From assembly GCA_973895155.1 (NCBI GenBank), contig OZ316891.1:4559708-4623707 (forward strand): 64,000 bases of DNA, in the 5' to 3' direction. The position numbers and the translations under genes are program-made. Positions 36,601 through 48,182 of the stretch are shown piece by piece. The stretch comes from Marsupella aquatica. Its lineage: Eukaryota; Plantae; Marchantiophyta. Positions within the stretch are counted from its first letter, which is position 1, and every line of letters starts with the position of its first letter. The notes under the pieces were generated by a model, which saw only the letters and a list, made by a program, of their open reading frames with translations, did not search any database and had not been told where the DNA came from.

Positions 36601-37633
36601 TGAGGCTGAGACTGAGACTGAAGCTGAGCCTGAGCCTGAGTCTGAGTCTGAGTCTGCATTGGTGCGGGTATGGGTATGGGGTCGACTAGGCCGGCGCCGG
36701 CGGTTGCGGGTCTATTTCCCATGAAGCTCTGCAGGTGCTGGTAGAAGTTCTTCGAAGCAAGTGCAGACGACCTTGTCGAACGGGTAGTGCTGGACTCACT
36801 ATTGATGATAGCCCAAACCTGAGCAGGGATGTGGTCGAAGTGATGTTGTTGCAAGTTGATCGTACCCGGGATATTGAAGACCTCGTCCGGAAGCCGAAGC
36901 AATGCTTCCTAGAAACCGATATATTTGTCTCTGTTGAAGAAGTACCCAGATACCTGTGCTGGTCGGTAAAGCTCGCTCTGAGATGGGTAGTCAAAGTTAA
37001 GGATGTAGTGGTGTCGTCCTGCTAGGCGAATGGCTCTCTCGTACTCGCGTTCGATTTCGTATCGGCGCGAGTTGGCGTGTTTCAATGAGTCGGCCAAGTG
37101 TCTTCCGGTAGATAGGAACTGCATCCAGAATCAAATGGCCGAACTGGAGAGGATCGTGTGCGACATTCAGAGGAGATAGTAGTGGCGACTAAGAGTGAAC
37201 GAGAGAGCTGGGGTTGAAGCTGGCGCGTGGACTGATGGACTGGTGCACTACAAAGGGTCGGCTCCCTTTTTATACCTTGAGGGCTTGTCGATCCCCCGAC
37301 ATCTCCTCGTTGCCTATAGGCTGAACCGTTCACGCTTGTAGTGTACCGGCCACTCCGCCGGTCTGAGTCACCGCGTGTCAGTGGACGCCTCCCGAAGTTT
37401 GTTATATGGACCCGAGGGAGGGGCCTCTCCACGCTCGTAACTCGGGCGTGCGAATGGCGACGCGCCGCCAGCCCGAACATGAATTCCCCTTATTGACTAA
37501 TGATTTCCTACGCATAATGGCTACCTAAATATTGTCGTTATGCTAATCATAGCGGCCTAAGATACCCCTAATGCGCGTGCTAAGCACGGTTTAGACCGAA
37601 TTACTCATTACTCGCCGTACCGGCGGCGTCACA
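33607..37633 (-). mobile_element. 4027-bp TG...CA element B with 5-bp TSD (solo-LTR-like, coding)
   Basis: Starts TGTCACGTC and ends GGCGTCACA (7/9 inverted match). Flanked by AGATG at 33602-33606 and 37634-37638. No internal terminal repeat seen. Confidence 0.9.
34481..37124 (-). pseudogene. Long ORF of element B, homologous in its core to the element A ORF
   Basis: Pieces 36909-37124, 35625-36902, 35325-35567, 34935-35123, 34671-34934 and 34481-34681. Core LASLPW...EFVKNY...TRLRGRNMSLTEERLKMIFGLPEG...NGF...TC matches element A; C-terminal coiled coil. TATAAAAAGG on the minus strand near 37270. Confidence 0.7.
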
Positions 37634-37950
37634 AGATGTGTGGGCCTAAATAAGTGGATGTTATCCTAAACTAACCAAGGGTCAATTAACCCTAGTAAGG
37701 CCAGACTATCTATAGTCGGGAACTCGAGTCAATTCCTAAGAAGATGTCATTGAGACAAACAAACATTGTGTCGCCCAAGATGCTGTTAAGAAAATATAGA
37801 ATGTGGTGTCACATAAGATGTTCTTAAGAAAAAAACTGTCACACAAAAAGGGCGCAGAAAATGAGTAACAACCACAAACTATCACCAGTTCAGGCAGGCG
37901 GAGGAGGGATTCACTAGAGACCGTCTTTGAGAGCAGGAGAGGAAGCAATG

Positions 37951-38373
37951 ATGTCAAAGCGAGGGCGCGGAGGTTCCTTCGGGAACAAGTTCCGTATGTC
38001 ACTTGCTCTGCCCGTCAGTGCTGTGGTGAATTGTGCCGATAATACTGGTGCAAAGAACCTTTTATTATATTATCTCAATGAAAGGAGTAAAAGGACGCCT
38101 GAACAGGCTGCGTGCAGCTGCAGCACGTGATCTGGTGATGGCCACAGTCAAGAAGGGGAAACCTGATCTAAGAAGGTCATGCCTGCTGTCATCGTTAGGC
38201 AAAGGAAGCCGTGGCACCGCAAAGACGACGTGTTTATGTACTTTGAAGATAATGCGAGAGTCATTGTGAATCCAAAGGGAGAGATGAAAGGATCTGCGAT
38301 CACGGGACCAATTGCGAAGGAGTGTGCATATTTGTGGCCTAGAATTGCAAGTGCCGCGAAGGCCATTTTGTAA
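37951..38373 (+). pseudogene. RPL23: Processed 60S ribosomal protein L23 (uL14) pseudogene
   Basis: [34 protein letters not shown] / KGRLNRL...[15 protein letters not shown] / [12 protein letters not shown]...YFEDNA...[23 protein letters not shown] spread over three frames (two frameshifts). No introns. Confidence 0.95.
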
Positions 38374-41300
38374 ACTTCTTCTTTTTAGTTTTACACAATT
38401 TGAGCACAATCATGCAAATACAATAAAACTCTAGATAAGTGACACTCTCACTATCCGATTACACTAATTTGTTTTTCCATTCCTTGATAAGTGCACATCC
38501 CCTAAAATTTTCACTTACTAATAAATGGCATCTCCACAGGTGAGCAGCCGTGTGACTCATTACACAAAATGTGAATACTTGCCATAAATTTGATGTCCAT
38601 AAGTCCAAATTTTCCTTTACTAAAAAAAAGGGTGTGCACTTATCAGTAAATTAATGCAATCTCATTGGATTATGTGCTTCCCGATAACTGTACCATCTTT
38701 CTTAGTTTGAGTAAGGCACTTATAAATTGTTTTGCATTTAATAAAGTTCTCATGTAGCTAAATGACTTGATATTTATTTGGCCTTAGATAAGGTGGAAAA
38801 AATGCAAAACTTCTTGTAAAATGAGAAGAAAGACAAAACCAAATTGGCTCTTGGACAGAACCAGTTGTACATTGGGGCAAGGGTAAATTTTGTATCTAGA
38901 GAAGATTGAGAGATTGGGATTGACAAATACATTAGGTTCAAATAGATTAGGTCCTGAAGGGTATGTACTTGCAAGTACAATGGGAGGATAGAGGGGTGAA
39001 TCCATTGGCCTACAATAAGGAAAGTATATAGCCAGGGAAGAATACTTGTACTTGTTTTGCAGAATTACCTTTTTGCAGGGTTTGGTTCATTTGTTTCTCC
39101 TATACTAAGTTTCTTTAGAATTTTTCTGAGTGACACACAAACTGCAAATTCAAATATATAACGACCACTTCAAAAAAGGGCGCATTCAACTCTTTATTAT
39201 AGTTCTTGATTTTCCCGCATGTCCGGCCTTCATTTGTTGACATCTTTCAGATTGGTATCAATGTATTATTCAGATTAGAAAATCATGATGATGGTTATAT
39301 GTGTAATTAAATCATGATGAATGATGATTAGTTAAATAATATACATTAAATATTAATTATTTTTTAAAATTAATAAATCCAGAAGTATGATTTTTAAGTA
39401 TTTGATAAACATACTCATTTGTCCCTCAACCATTAACCCCTAATAACCCACAATAGTTGGCTCAACTAGGTTCAACTATGTGATGGGGGTCCAAAGATAA
39501 TAGTTTTGTGAAAAATACATAATTAGTTACTGCAAGACTAGAACTTCTATATTGTCTCCATTGTTCTAAAGAGACCAAAACACAGTAACCAATGTATTAT
39601 AACTAAGTATGATGTATAATTATACTATTTAATGATGACCGGACCGAACATTTGATGATTTGTCTTTTTTGTTTTACTTCATTCTTTCTTTCTTTTTCCA
39701 ATTTGTGAAGCCTAAGTAATGTGACCAAACCCCTTTGTCACAGGCCTGCTTAATGTTTGTTATGCGATATTGGAAACATTTCTGACTAACAGTGAAAATT
39801 ATGGTTACTTTGGTCCGAACATTACCGGGATCAATACCTGAACATTTACAGTCATATGTGTACATGAAATCAGACAGTCTGCTCACATCTACAAGACATC
39901 ACGTTTGAGTGTTCAACCGTAATTGCATGGCACTATTGATATAAGAGGGAGACCATCACAGGTAAAAATGGTCCCCAACAAGGTCCCTACCAAGGTCTTC
40001 ATAGGGTAAAATATGAATTTCAAATTTCGAATTTCATATTAGGTCCGCTCACATGTGCATGAAGTACAAGTGTTCACTTTCAAATTTCAAACATCAGATT
40101 CGTCCCTGCACATGTGCATCAAGTACTGTCAAGTATATACTTTCAAATTTCAAATTTCAAACTTCCCCCCAAAACCGCGAAGGTGAGCAAGATGGGATGA
40201 GTATTCTGTTTGTCGTCCCATCTTTTCATTTCATTTGGCAATTGTGAATCATGGAGCGAGGCTGAGAACAAGTTCAACATCTGCGTTTCTCGGAGGTTTG
40301 GAGCTTGGTTGAGCTCGGGAGAGTTTTGATGTGAATGAACAATCCCAGAGACTCGATGATTCATTGAAAGGGGCATCAGAGATTCATCGTTCGCGATCCA
40401 CAATCTCAGACTCAGGAGTCGGAGACTACTCGAAGTTGTCATTGAATAAGGTACTCGGGAGGGTTCTTTTGAAATTTCTATCATTTAAGAGTAGATTGTC
40501 CACTTCTTAGACTAGAAAGTTCATTTCAGTTAAAATCCCAGCTTCACGTCCCAACTTATGCCTTCATTAGAATTTATTCTGAATAATCTCATTGGATTCT
40601 TGAGATATTGGAGTTCTTGTGACTGGATCCTACTTTCACTCTGTTCAAAAATATAATCTAGGTCTCGTGGGGATCTGAGAGATTCCTCTGATGAAATCTC
40701 TTAACAGAGTCTTGTCGGATAGAAGAATGTTAAAAATTGAGAGGGAGAGGGCGACGGAACACCGTCCCGTGGGGTTTGTGAGTTGTGGTTTCAAGGAATG
40801 GATGTTAGTCAAGCAGTGATAGTGACATTAAACTTTTCAAGATGACTCTTCTTGGAGATACCACTGGTTGATGTTGATTGACCGACGGAACAGTGTTCCG
40901 CCGACACAGTTCAATATTGGTTTGATTGATGTTTTTGAGTTTTATTTATGATGATGTGTTTTTTGAGATCCCTACAATATATTTTGAGTGGCCCACGGAA
41001 CAGTGTTCCGCCTCCATCGTTAAAAATTCGTGTGATGAAAGTTCCAATTTTAATGATGAGTATGTCTTTTATTTGAGATACCTCCCATTGATTTTGACCG
41101 ACCGACGGAACAGTGTTCCGCCAGCAGAGTTCAAGATTATTGACACATGAAGTGAATTTGGAAGGAAGGGCGGAGATCGGGTTTTGAAAAATCCTTTGTT
41201 ATCTGGTTTGGTTTGAGGGTATTTTGATGGAGAGACTGCGGGAGAGACGTGACATTTTAAAGTTGTCTTGCTGAAATTATTGATGTGCATTTCAAAACAA

Positions 41301-41514
41301 TCGGCGGAACACTGTTCCGTGCGGTGTTGGAGGATATTTAAAATGAGAGAGGGGTATTCATTTAATCTTGAGGGACTTTTGAGTCGTGATGGATAATTAC
41401 CTACATGACAGTGTTCCATTGTATTTGTCAATTAATTTATGAGAGATACATTATTCTTATCAGTAACCATGTTTTGGATTTAATTGTAATTGGTTCATCT
41501 GTTCTGACAGAAAC

Positions 41515-44500
41515 ATGGTAAACTCGAAGAGCTGGATTCGAGTTGGGAAAGAGGTTGGGTTATGTGTTGGAGCCTCTTTGGTTGGGAAAGGGACGATCAT
41601 AAATCTTGATCCGGCGGTCAAGGTAGATGATTGCTCACTTGGTTCAGATAGAGTGTTGGTAAGGATTGACAAAGTTCTGAGAAATGGCAATGGAGAGAAT
41701 CCTATATTTGACTCAAACTCCACGAGACCTTGGAGAAGGACCGATCTTTTGCCGCTTGCTTCTGGAGATTTTGGAAATTCTGAGATAGGAGGGTATGAAC
41801 ATGGAAATGAAGCTCACGATGGAATTGGAGAGGGGAGGGAGCACCAAAAGGAGATCATAATATGCAGGTGTGATTGGAGAGAGATGATGTCAACTTCTCT
41901 ATTGCGATGGTGAGTACAACCAATCCGGATGTGGTGTTGCAAGGCACATTGCTTGGAGAGACACAGGTTGGTATACTCATCACAGAATTCGTTGATGGTG
42001 CTCAAAGAGAGCATTTGAAACATAAAGATTGCCTTGTACCATGGCCAATTACAAGGTTAATTGCACCGGGGGGAAAAAGTTTACATTACCATTTTCAGAA
42101 TCAGAGGCTAGAACGACAGGACGTCTCAAGCGGGAAGAGGTCATATGTTCGTAAAGTGAGACCTCAAAAGAAACCACGGAAGGATCTGACTAGGAAAGAA
42201 CGAGCCCTATCACCCGAGGACATCCTATTGATCAGTACGAACAATTGTTGTCGGCGTAAATGTTGTCAATACTTTGACCGTGACTTGGCTCTAAAAATTA
42301 GGGAGAAGTACTTCAGTAAGTCATTTCAAGAAAAGGAAAGATGAAGAAGTGTTGGCGATTCAGAATGCGCTAGACACATCCGAAGGAGAGAGGTTGTTAG
42401 GTGTTGAAGGAGTTCCAATTTGTCTTGAGGCCCGGAAGGTATTGCATGCCAAGAAGAAGACCCAATTTGATATTATGAAGAAGCAGGTTCGGGGAGGATT
42501 GAAGATATCACAACATGGCAACCAAGGGAAAAAAAGGATGTCAGAGAGAGTCTCGCATCATTGATGTCAATGAAAATGATTATTGATGAGAGTGCAGATA
42601 ATCATCCTGCGAAACAAAGAACTTTGGCGCGCTGACAACTCTCGGGTAGGTCTTCGGGAGTTGCCGACAAGCGTTACTTGGGAGACTATCAGGGATCGGG
42701 TGAATGGCATAAACATCGCCCTTGGCCTCTGCCCAATATCCCAACCAACAATGAGTTTCCTTCACCAGAAATATTTTAAAGAAGTTCTGATTCACAAGAA
42801 GGGAAACAACTTTTCGAAATGCAACACTTGTAGTGAGTTGCAGCAACGGAGGTCTCGCCTTTCTGGAGGAAAGGAAGAGTTGGAGATTTTCAGACGAGAT
42901 GAGGAGGAGCATCATGAAGATCACACGCAGGGGAGACTCTTATATCATGCTTGGAGGTCGCATTCTGTTGCACATCCCAAAGAGTCAGTCTGTATCATCC
43001 ATGACAAAATGGACCATTGTAAGACTGCTCTTCCAAAAATGCCATGGAATCCAAAAGATTGCGATGGCTCTGTTCGACTGCCCATCACTGTAACCGGCAT
43101 TTTAACTCATGGTCATGGGCCTAAGGTTGTGGCTCAGTACAATCTTGCTTGTTGGGCTCCGGATTCAAATGCAAGCATTGGGTCTATAGACTCTATTCTT
43201 CGTATGTTGGAAAATCCTGAACCTATGATCAATTCACTTCTGGAAGGGCCGGATTCCACAAACGTTTTCAACAATCTTCTATGGGGGAGAAAAGATGTTC
43301 TTGAGGAAGATGTTAGGAAAGCATTTAATGACGACACCAGATTCATTGCGGAGCAAGGTATGAAAGTCTTCTACATATTGACAACGCTCAATCCTATGAT
43401 TTTGTAGCATTATGTCCCTTTTTGTGAATCCATGTACAACAAGGCTACTTTGTGTCCATAATTTTCTAAAACATTGGGATTTGTAACAATGTTGCCGAGT
43501 CATAATCTTCACCCCCGAGTGATTGTTTCAGGCCTCTCCCACGGACATTGAAATTACAACTTGACAATGCACCAAGTGACAACAAGAACAGATTTGTTAT
43601 GGCATATTTATCATTGTTAACAACAAGGAAGGTATTTGAGGAGGTTCAACTTGGATTCCTTATGGTTGGGCACACTCATGAGGATGTTGATGGGATGTTT
43701 GGGCATTTCTCAGAATCTCTTATGCACAATCCAACATGGACATTGCCTGATTTGATGAGCTTGTTCATGAAAGCAAGAACGCCAAGTCCGGTTCCACATT
43801 TTGTTCAAGAAGTACCCGATTTCAAAGGGTATGTAGAACCTTTTCTACTAAGAGGCCCAGACTCATTGGTGGGGCATGGAAAGCCCCAACTATTTCGATT
43901 CTATGTTCGAGAGGACGGGATGCCATGCTTTCAGTATAAGCTTAAGTCAAATGATGCTGTGCCATGGGTGCCAAAGGAAGGGATTGAAATGTGGAGGTGG
44001 GGAAATGATGGATGTCCAAACCTTCCACATGGGATGCCAAAAAGACTTCCCATGACAGAAATAAGCATGTTGGCTGATGTTCGTGTAGGGATACAAAAAC
44101 ATTTAAAGTTCTTCCAATTGATTGTGGATAGAAGCGAGACAGAGGAATCAAGAGAATCTTGGGACGATCTCATCCAATACTGGAAGGTTGTCTTAGCTAC
44201 ATTGGAAATGGAGGTTGTACAATATAGGCAAGAAGATGGAGACAACTTGAAAGGCGGATTTTGGCCTCGGTCAAATTGGAGAGACAATGTGCCTGTCACT
44301 TTTCGGAATGTTGCATGTGAGTTGGATGCAAGAGAGGACTATGTTGGACCTGTGAAGAATAGGCCACGAGAAGCCTTTCAACCAAGAGTGGATATTGTCA
44401 AAGGTCATTTTATTTTGCAAAGACCAGCAACGGAGGATATAGAGAACTATCCTGTTCATTTGGGAAGAGTTGTAACCGATGTGGAAGAAGGAGGGCTGAA

Positions 44501-44795
44501 TGATGAGAACAAGCTTGAGCATGTGTGTTCAGTGGAGTGGTTCCGGCCTCATATGGGCAAGAGTGAAGTGGGACAGAAAGAAAGGTGGAAAAATTGTTGG
44601 ACTAAAAAATGGGAGCGGGATGAACGAGAATATTCCACGCCTCTCAAAATAGCTGTGAATAGTGTTTTGTGGTGCTTCAAGTCTCGAAACACTAAATCTG
44701 GTTTGGTTTCAATTCCAAAATCTGTTTTGGTAAAAGCACAAGACAATCTTGAGAGATGTAAAGAAGCAGATGATGCAGTGCTTCACCAAGAATGA
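41515..44795 (+). pseudogene. Sola-like DDD transposase (DUF7869-type), decayed
   Basis: CCRRKCC, FSKCNTC, IIHDKMD, LTHGHG, LQLDNAPSDNKN and FLMVGHTHEDVDGMF. N-terminal Tnp1/Tudor-like repeats and a C-terminal Tudor-like segment. Intron about 43358-43531; stops and frameshifts present. Confidence 0.75.
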
Positions 44796-45292
44796 CAAGT
44801 GAACCAATGTGGGGACAAATGAAAGTTCCTCTCATGAATAGGGGTTAGGGTGACTGCCTGGGTTTAGGGTTTAGGGAATAGATAAAGACAAAATGTTTTC
44901 AAATATTACTTGTACCTCTAAGTGCCATGTAGAACATAAATTTTTGTACAAATGGATACCCAACAATTTTACATTGTGAATGATTCATTTGGGGAATCTT
45001 GTGTTGTGTTCACAATTTATTGTTTGATTGATGTTTTATGATGTTCTACTCTTAATTATCATTTAATTTAATAATTTAATTTAATATATTCAAGTATTTA
45101 GCAAAAAATGGAATTTAACGAATATACCGGTATTGTCTAAATTGGTGTTTATAGCTTGTCATTGGTGTACTACCATATTTAAAAAAGCTCACCAAAGACT
45201 GTAACTTTTGCAGAATTTTGAAAAGCTCACCAAAGACACCAAACTAGTATTGGAGAGCATAACCTGGAGAGTGACAATTGAAAGTGGCATAC

Positions 45293-45650
45293 CAAATACC
45301 CCAACGATACCCCACGGTATGCGGGTAATATGCATAAAGAATCCCCACTTTACCACAAGAAATTTGGATGGTGGAGATGCATATCATCCTGCACACCTCC
45401 AAGGCTGCCAACGAAGCCACCTGGAGAGCGGCCATTGGACGCTGACAACCCAAATACCCCAGAGATACCCAAATGTATGCGGGTAATATGCACACGGAAT
45501 CCCCACTTAGCCACAACAAAATTGGACGATGGAGATGCATATCATCCTGCACACCTCCAGGGCTGCCAGTGAAGCCACTTGGAGAGTGGCAATTGGACGC
45601 TGACAACCCAAATACCCCAGAGATACCCCACGGTATGCGGGTAATATGCA
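45293..45650 (+). repeat. 158-bp tandem repeat x about 2.3
   Basis: caaatacccc...gtatgcgggtaatatgca recurs at 45293, 45451 and 45609. Confidence 0.85.
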
Positions 45651-46011
45651 CATGGATTTTGCGAAGAGCGCGACCATCCAAGGACCTCGATTAATTATGC
45701 CAACTGCCTCCGGCTTATACAAATAAACACGCAAATGTGGGGAAATGTGGAGGCGCTAAACCCTTTTGTAGTTGGGTATATTAGGGGAAACGCCCCAAAT
45801 GTCACGCCCGAGGGACACATAGGCAAATTACCCCAGGGAAACGTTGAACTGCTAGAAGTATCAAATCCCTCGTTATGTATGGGAAAGCATGGGTATTTTC
45901 AACCAAATTCCCTAAGATGTCCGGAATCCCCACTTCTTTGTTATGGTACACTGATTCACCAAGTCAGGTGGGGAAATCCCCAACTCCTCGACCATGCATA
46001 TCCTCCTTGTG

Positions 46012-46978
46012 AAAGCACGAGGAAGATGGAGAACTTACAGCGGCAAGCCGACAACCAAATGGAGCGGCTGAAGAAACAAGCCGTAGTATTTAAGTGCTTG
46101 GCTTCATCAGGTCCAACTCCAATTGGGGCAACCAAGTTGCCAGGAGTAGTACTGGCCGAAGATCAAGCCACAACACTCTCACCAGTGCTGGAGATAAGTG
46201 GCAAGGGGAAGGGACCAGCTGCCAAAACAGGGAAGAAGAAGAAGCGAAAACCTTCTGGGTCAAGGAGTGATGCGGCTTCTCAAGTTGTCGTGACCAAGGA
46301 GGTAAACCCGGCACCAACCTCAGGCAGGGTCATGGCAGAGGATCCAACTGCCCTAGAAGGCGGGGATGGCAGAGTCGAGGCCAGGACACTCAGTGATGAA
46401 GCAGGGGTACCGGATCCACCACTAGAGCATGCCGGGGAGGCCGTAGCCGTATTAGAGGCCGTGGCTGATGCTGAGACCGAAGCCGAGGGTGGGCCAAGTC
46501 AGGCCAATGGAGAGTTGATTCGGTCCGGGGTAGGTAATCTATCAGAGGACGGACCTACGGCAGTGGCTGCCGAGGAAGCGTTGGGGGCATCCATTGAGGA
46601 CCAGCCACCGCTACCTTGACGGTGGTGGAGGGCTGCTCCTTTTCAGGAGGGCGGATGTGGAGGGAGGAGGTGTGAGTGTGCAGGGCGGGCTCAGATCTCC
46701 AAGTTTAGAATTAGGATCAGGACCAAGAGGCGGCCTTGACACTTAGATTAGTGGGATTGCGGATCCACTAGTAAGAGCAACACTTGTGCTCCTGTCTCGC
46801 TGTACATAGGTAGATTACAGTTAGGTAGACTAGGCTTACGCTGCAAGGAATTAGGCGGATCCACTGCTAGGATAAGTACCTGGGCTGCGGGGAGTTCAGG
46901 GCCTTCTTTCTTAACAAGTTTTTAGTACACCAGTAGGGCTGGGATCAAGTAGTAAAAGAAGCTCTCGGTTAGTTATAG
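46012..46978 (+). mobile_element. Inverted partial copy of the element A family
   Basis: Clearly similar to the reverse complement of about 11227-12200 (e.g. ...KLENLQR.ADNQ.ERLKKQA.VFKCLASSGPT.I.ATKLPGVVLAE and the downstream non-coding sequence). Confidence 0.9.
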
Positions 46979-47233
46979 GTCAAGTGCAAGCTAGAGGGGT
47001 ACCAATATTTTATTTATTAATTGATTAAAATAAAATTTGGAGCACAAAAGTGTGATTTTAAACCAGAAAGAGTGTTTTAGTCTTGAAAAATTGTTTATTT
47101 GGAGTAAAAGTAATGGACTTTTTAGAGACAAAAATGTAAATTTGAGGACCACAATCTTTTAAATTTCCAGTTTTAATGAATAATGTGATAACAACATAAA
47201 ATCAACCACATGCAAAAGGGCTCTACTGGCCCA

Positions 47234-47297
47234 GGTGCTGGCCATGAACTAATGCAGTCTCCTCAGTTTACACTTTCATTAGTTCATGGCCAGCACC
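47234..47297. repeat. Perfect 21-bp inverted repeat with 22-nt loop
   Basis: GGTGCTGGCCATGAACTAATG (47234-47254) and CATTAGTTCATGGCCAGCACC (47277-47297). Confidence 0.9.
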
Positions 47298-48182
47298 CTG
47301 CACCCAACCTTTTAGTCACTTTAAAAATGTAGATCGGCCCTGCCTATCATACAAGAGTTGCGTACCCATGGTCCCCATGATCCATCATGGTTTACTTTGA
47401 TTTCAAAATTTTGCCATCCAATTATTAGCATGTACTAACATTTGAGTTATTTGCTTGATGGACCTCCAAACTTGTCTCCCAATCTCATGAGGTTTTTGGT
47501 ATGTTGATTTAATTAAGGTCTCTCAAGGTCTATCAATGGTCTGGATCACTCAACTCAAGTGTGAGTCCCATCAATGTTATGGATCACTCAACTCAAGTGT
47601 GAGTCCCATCAATGTTGTGGATCACTCAAGGGTTTGCTTGATGGACCCCAAAACTTGTCTCCCAATCTCATGAGATTTTGGGTATAATTAACGTTGCTTT
47701 AAGGTCTTAAGCTCTATCACTGGCCTGGATCACTCACATATCTCATGAAGTATTTTTTCAAGCTTAGACCTAGAGTAATACTAGTATTTTTTCAAGCTTA
47801 GACCTAGAGTAATACTATTATGACTCTACCTCCGTGGCAGCGGTGATGAAGAAGGGGTAGAAAATACGGTCACGTACTCACTTCCTTGCTATCCTCACTT
47901 CCATGCCCCTTGAGTGCACATGAGCGTCTTAATATAAATTCTTCTGGGTTTGTTCCGTAGAGCCGCACATAGTTCTATCTCCCTTTGTGTATCTTTGCCT
48001 TTGCCGATCGACCAGAGAAGTCTTGAGATCATTCGTAGAGCTGCACATCGTTCTCTTTCCTTCTTTCGAGCTCTATCAGCGCCGATCGCCCGATCGAGTG
48101 TCTTGAGAGCATCCACTCTCCCGGAAAGGAGAAGCATTGCTGTGGATTTTAGCAGAGAAAACTGCAGTGTCAGCTGTGAACA

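Larger units (their letters stand above)
21909..41319. repeat. Dispersed 15-bp palindrome CGGAACASTGTTCCG (family 3)
   Basis: Exact at 24741, 26571, 27948, 29271, 40886, 40996, 41106 and 41305. Variants with 1-3 mismatches at about 21909, 24462, 24499, 24624, 24662, 29411, 29587, 29674, 29719, 29769, 29812, 29863, 29958, 30002 and 40755. Confidence 0.9.

Noticed and set aside
44840-44877. TTTAGGG telomeric repeats
   Set aside because: Only 2-3 units; a telo-box-like motif, not an interstitial telomere.
19870-45790. Possible TIR pair (aatatacc at 19878 versus ggtatatt at 45775) for the giant element
   Set aside because: The match is only about 8 bp, does not extend and has no TSD.
45735-46619. 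294-aa ORF as a real gene
   Set aside because: Chance fusion of non-homologous upstream sequence to a fragment of the element A ORF.
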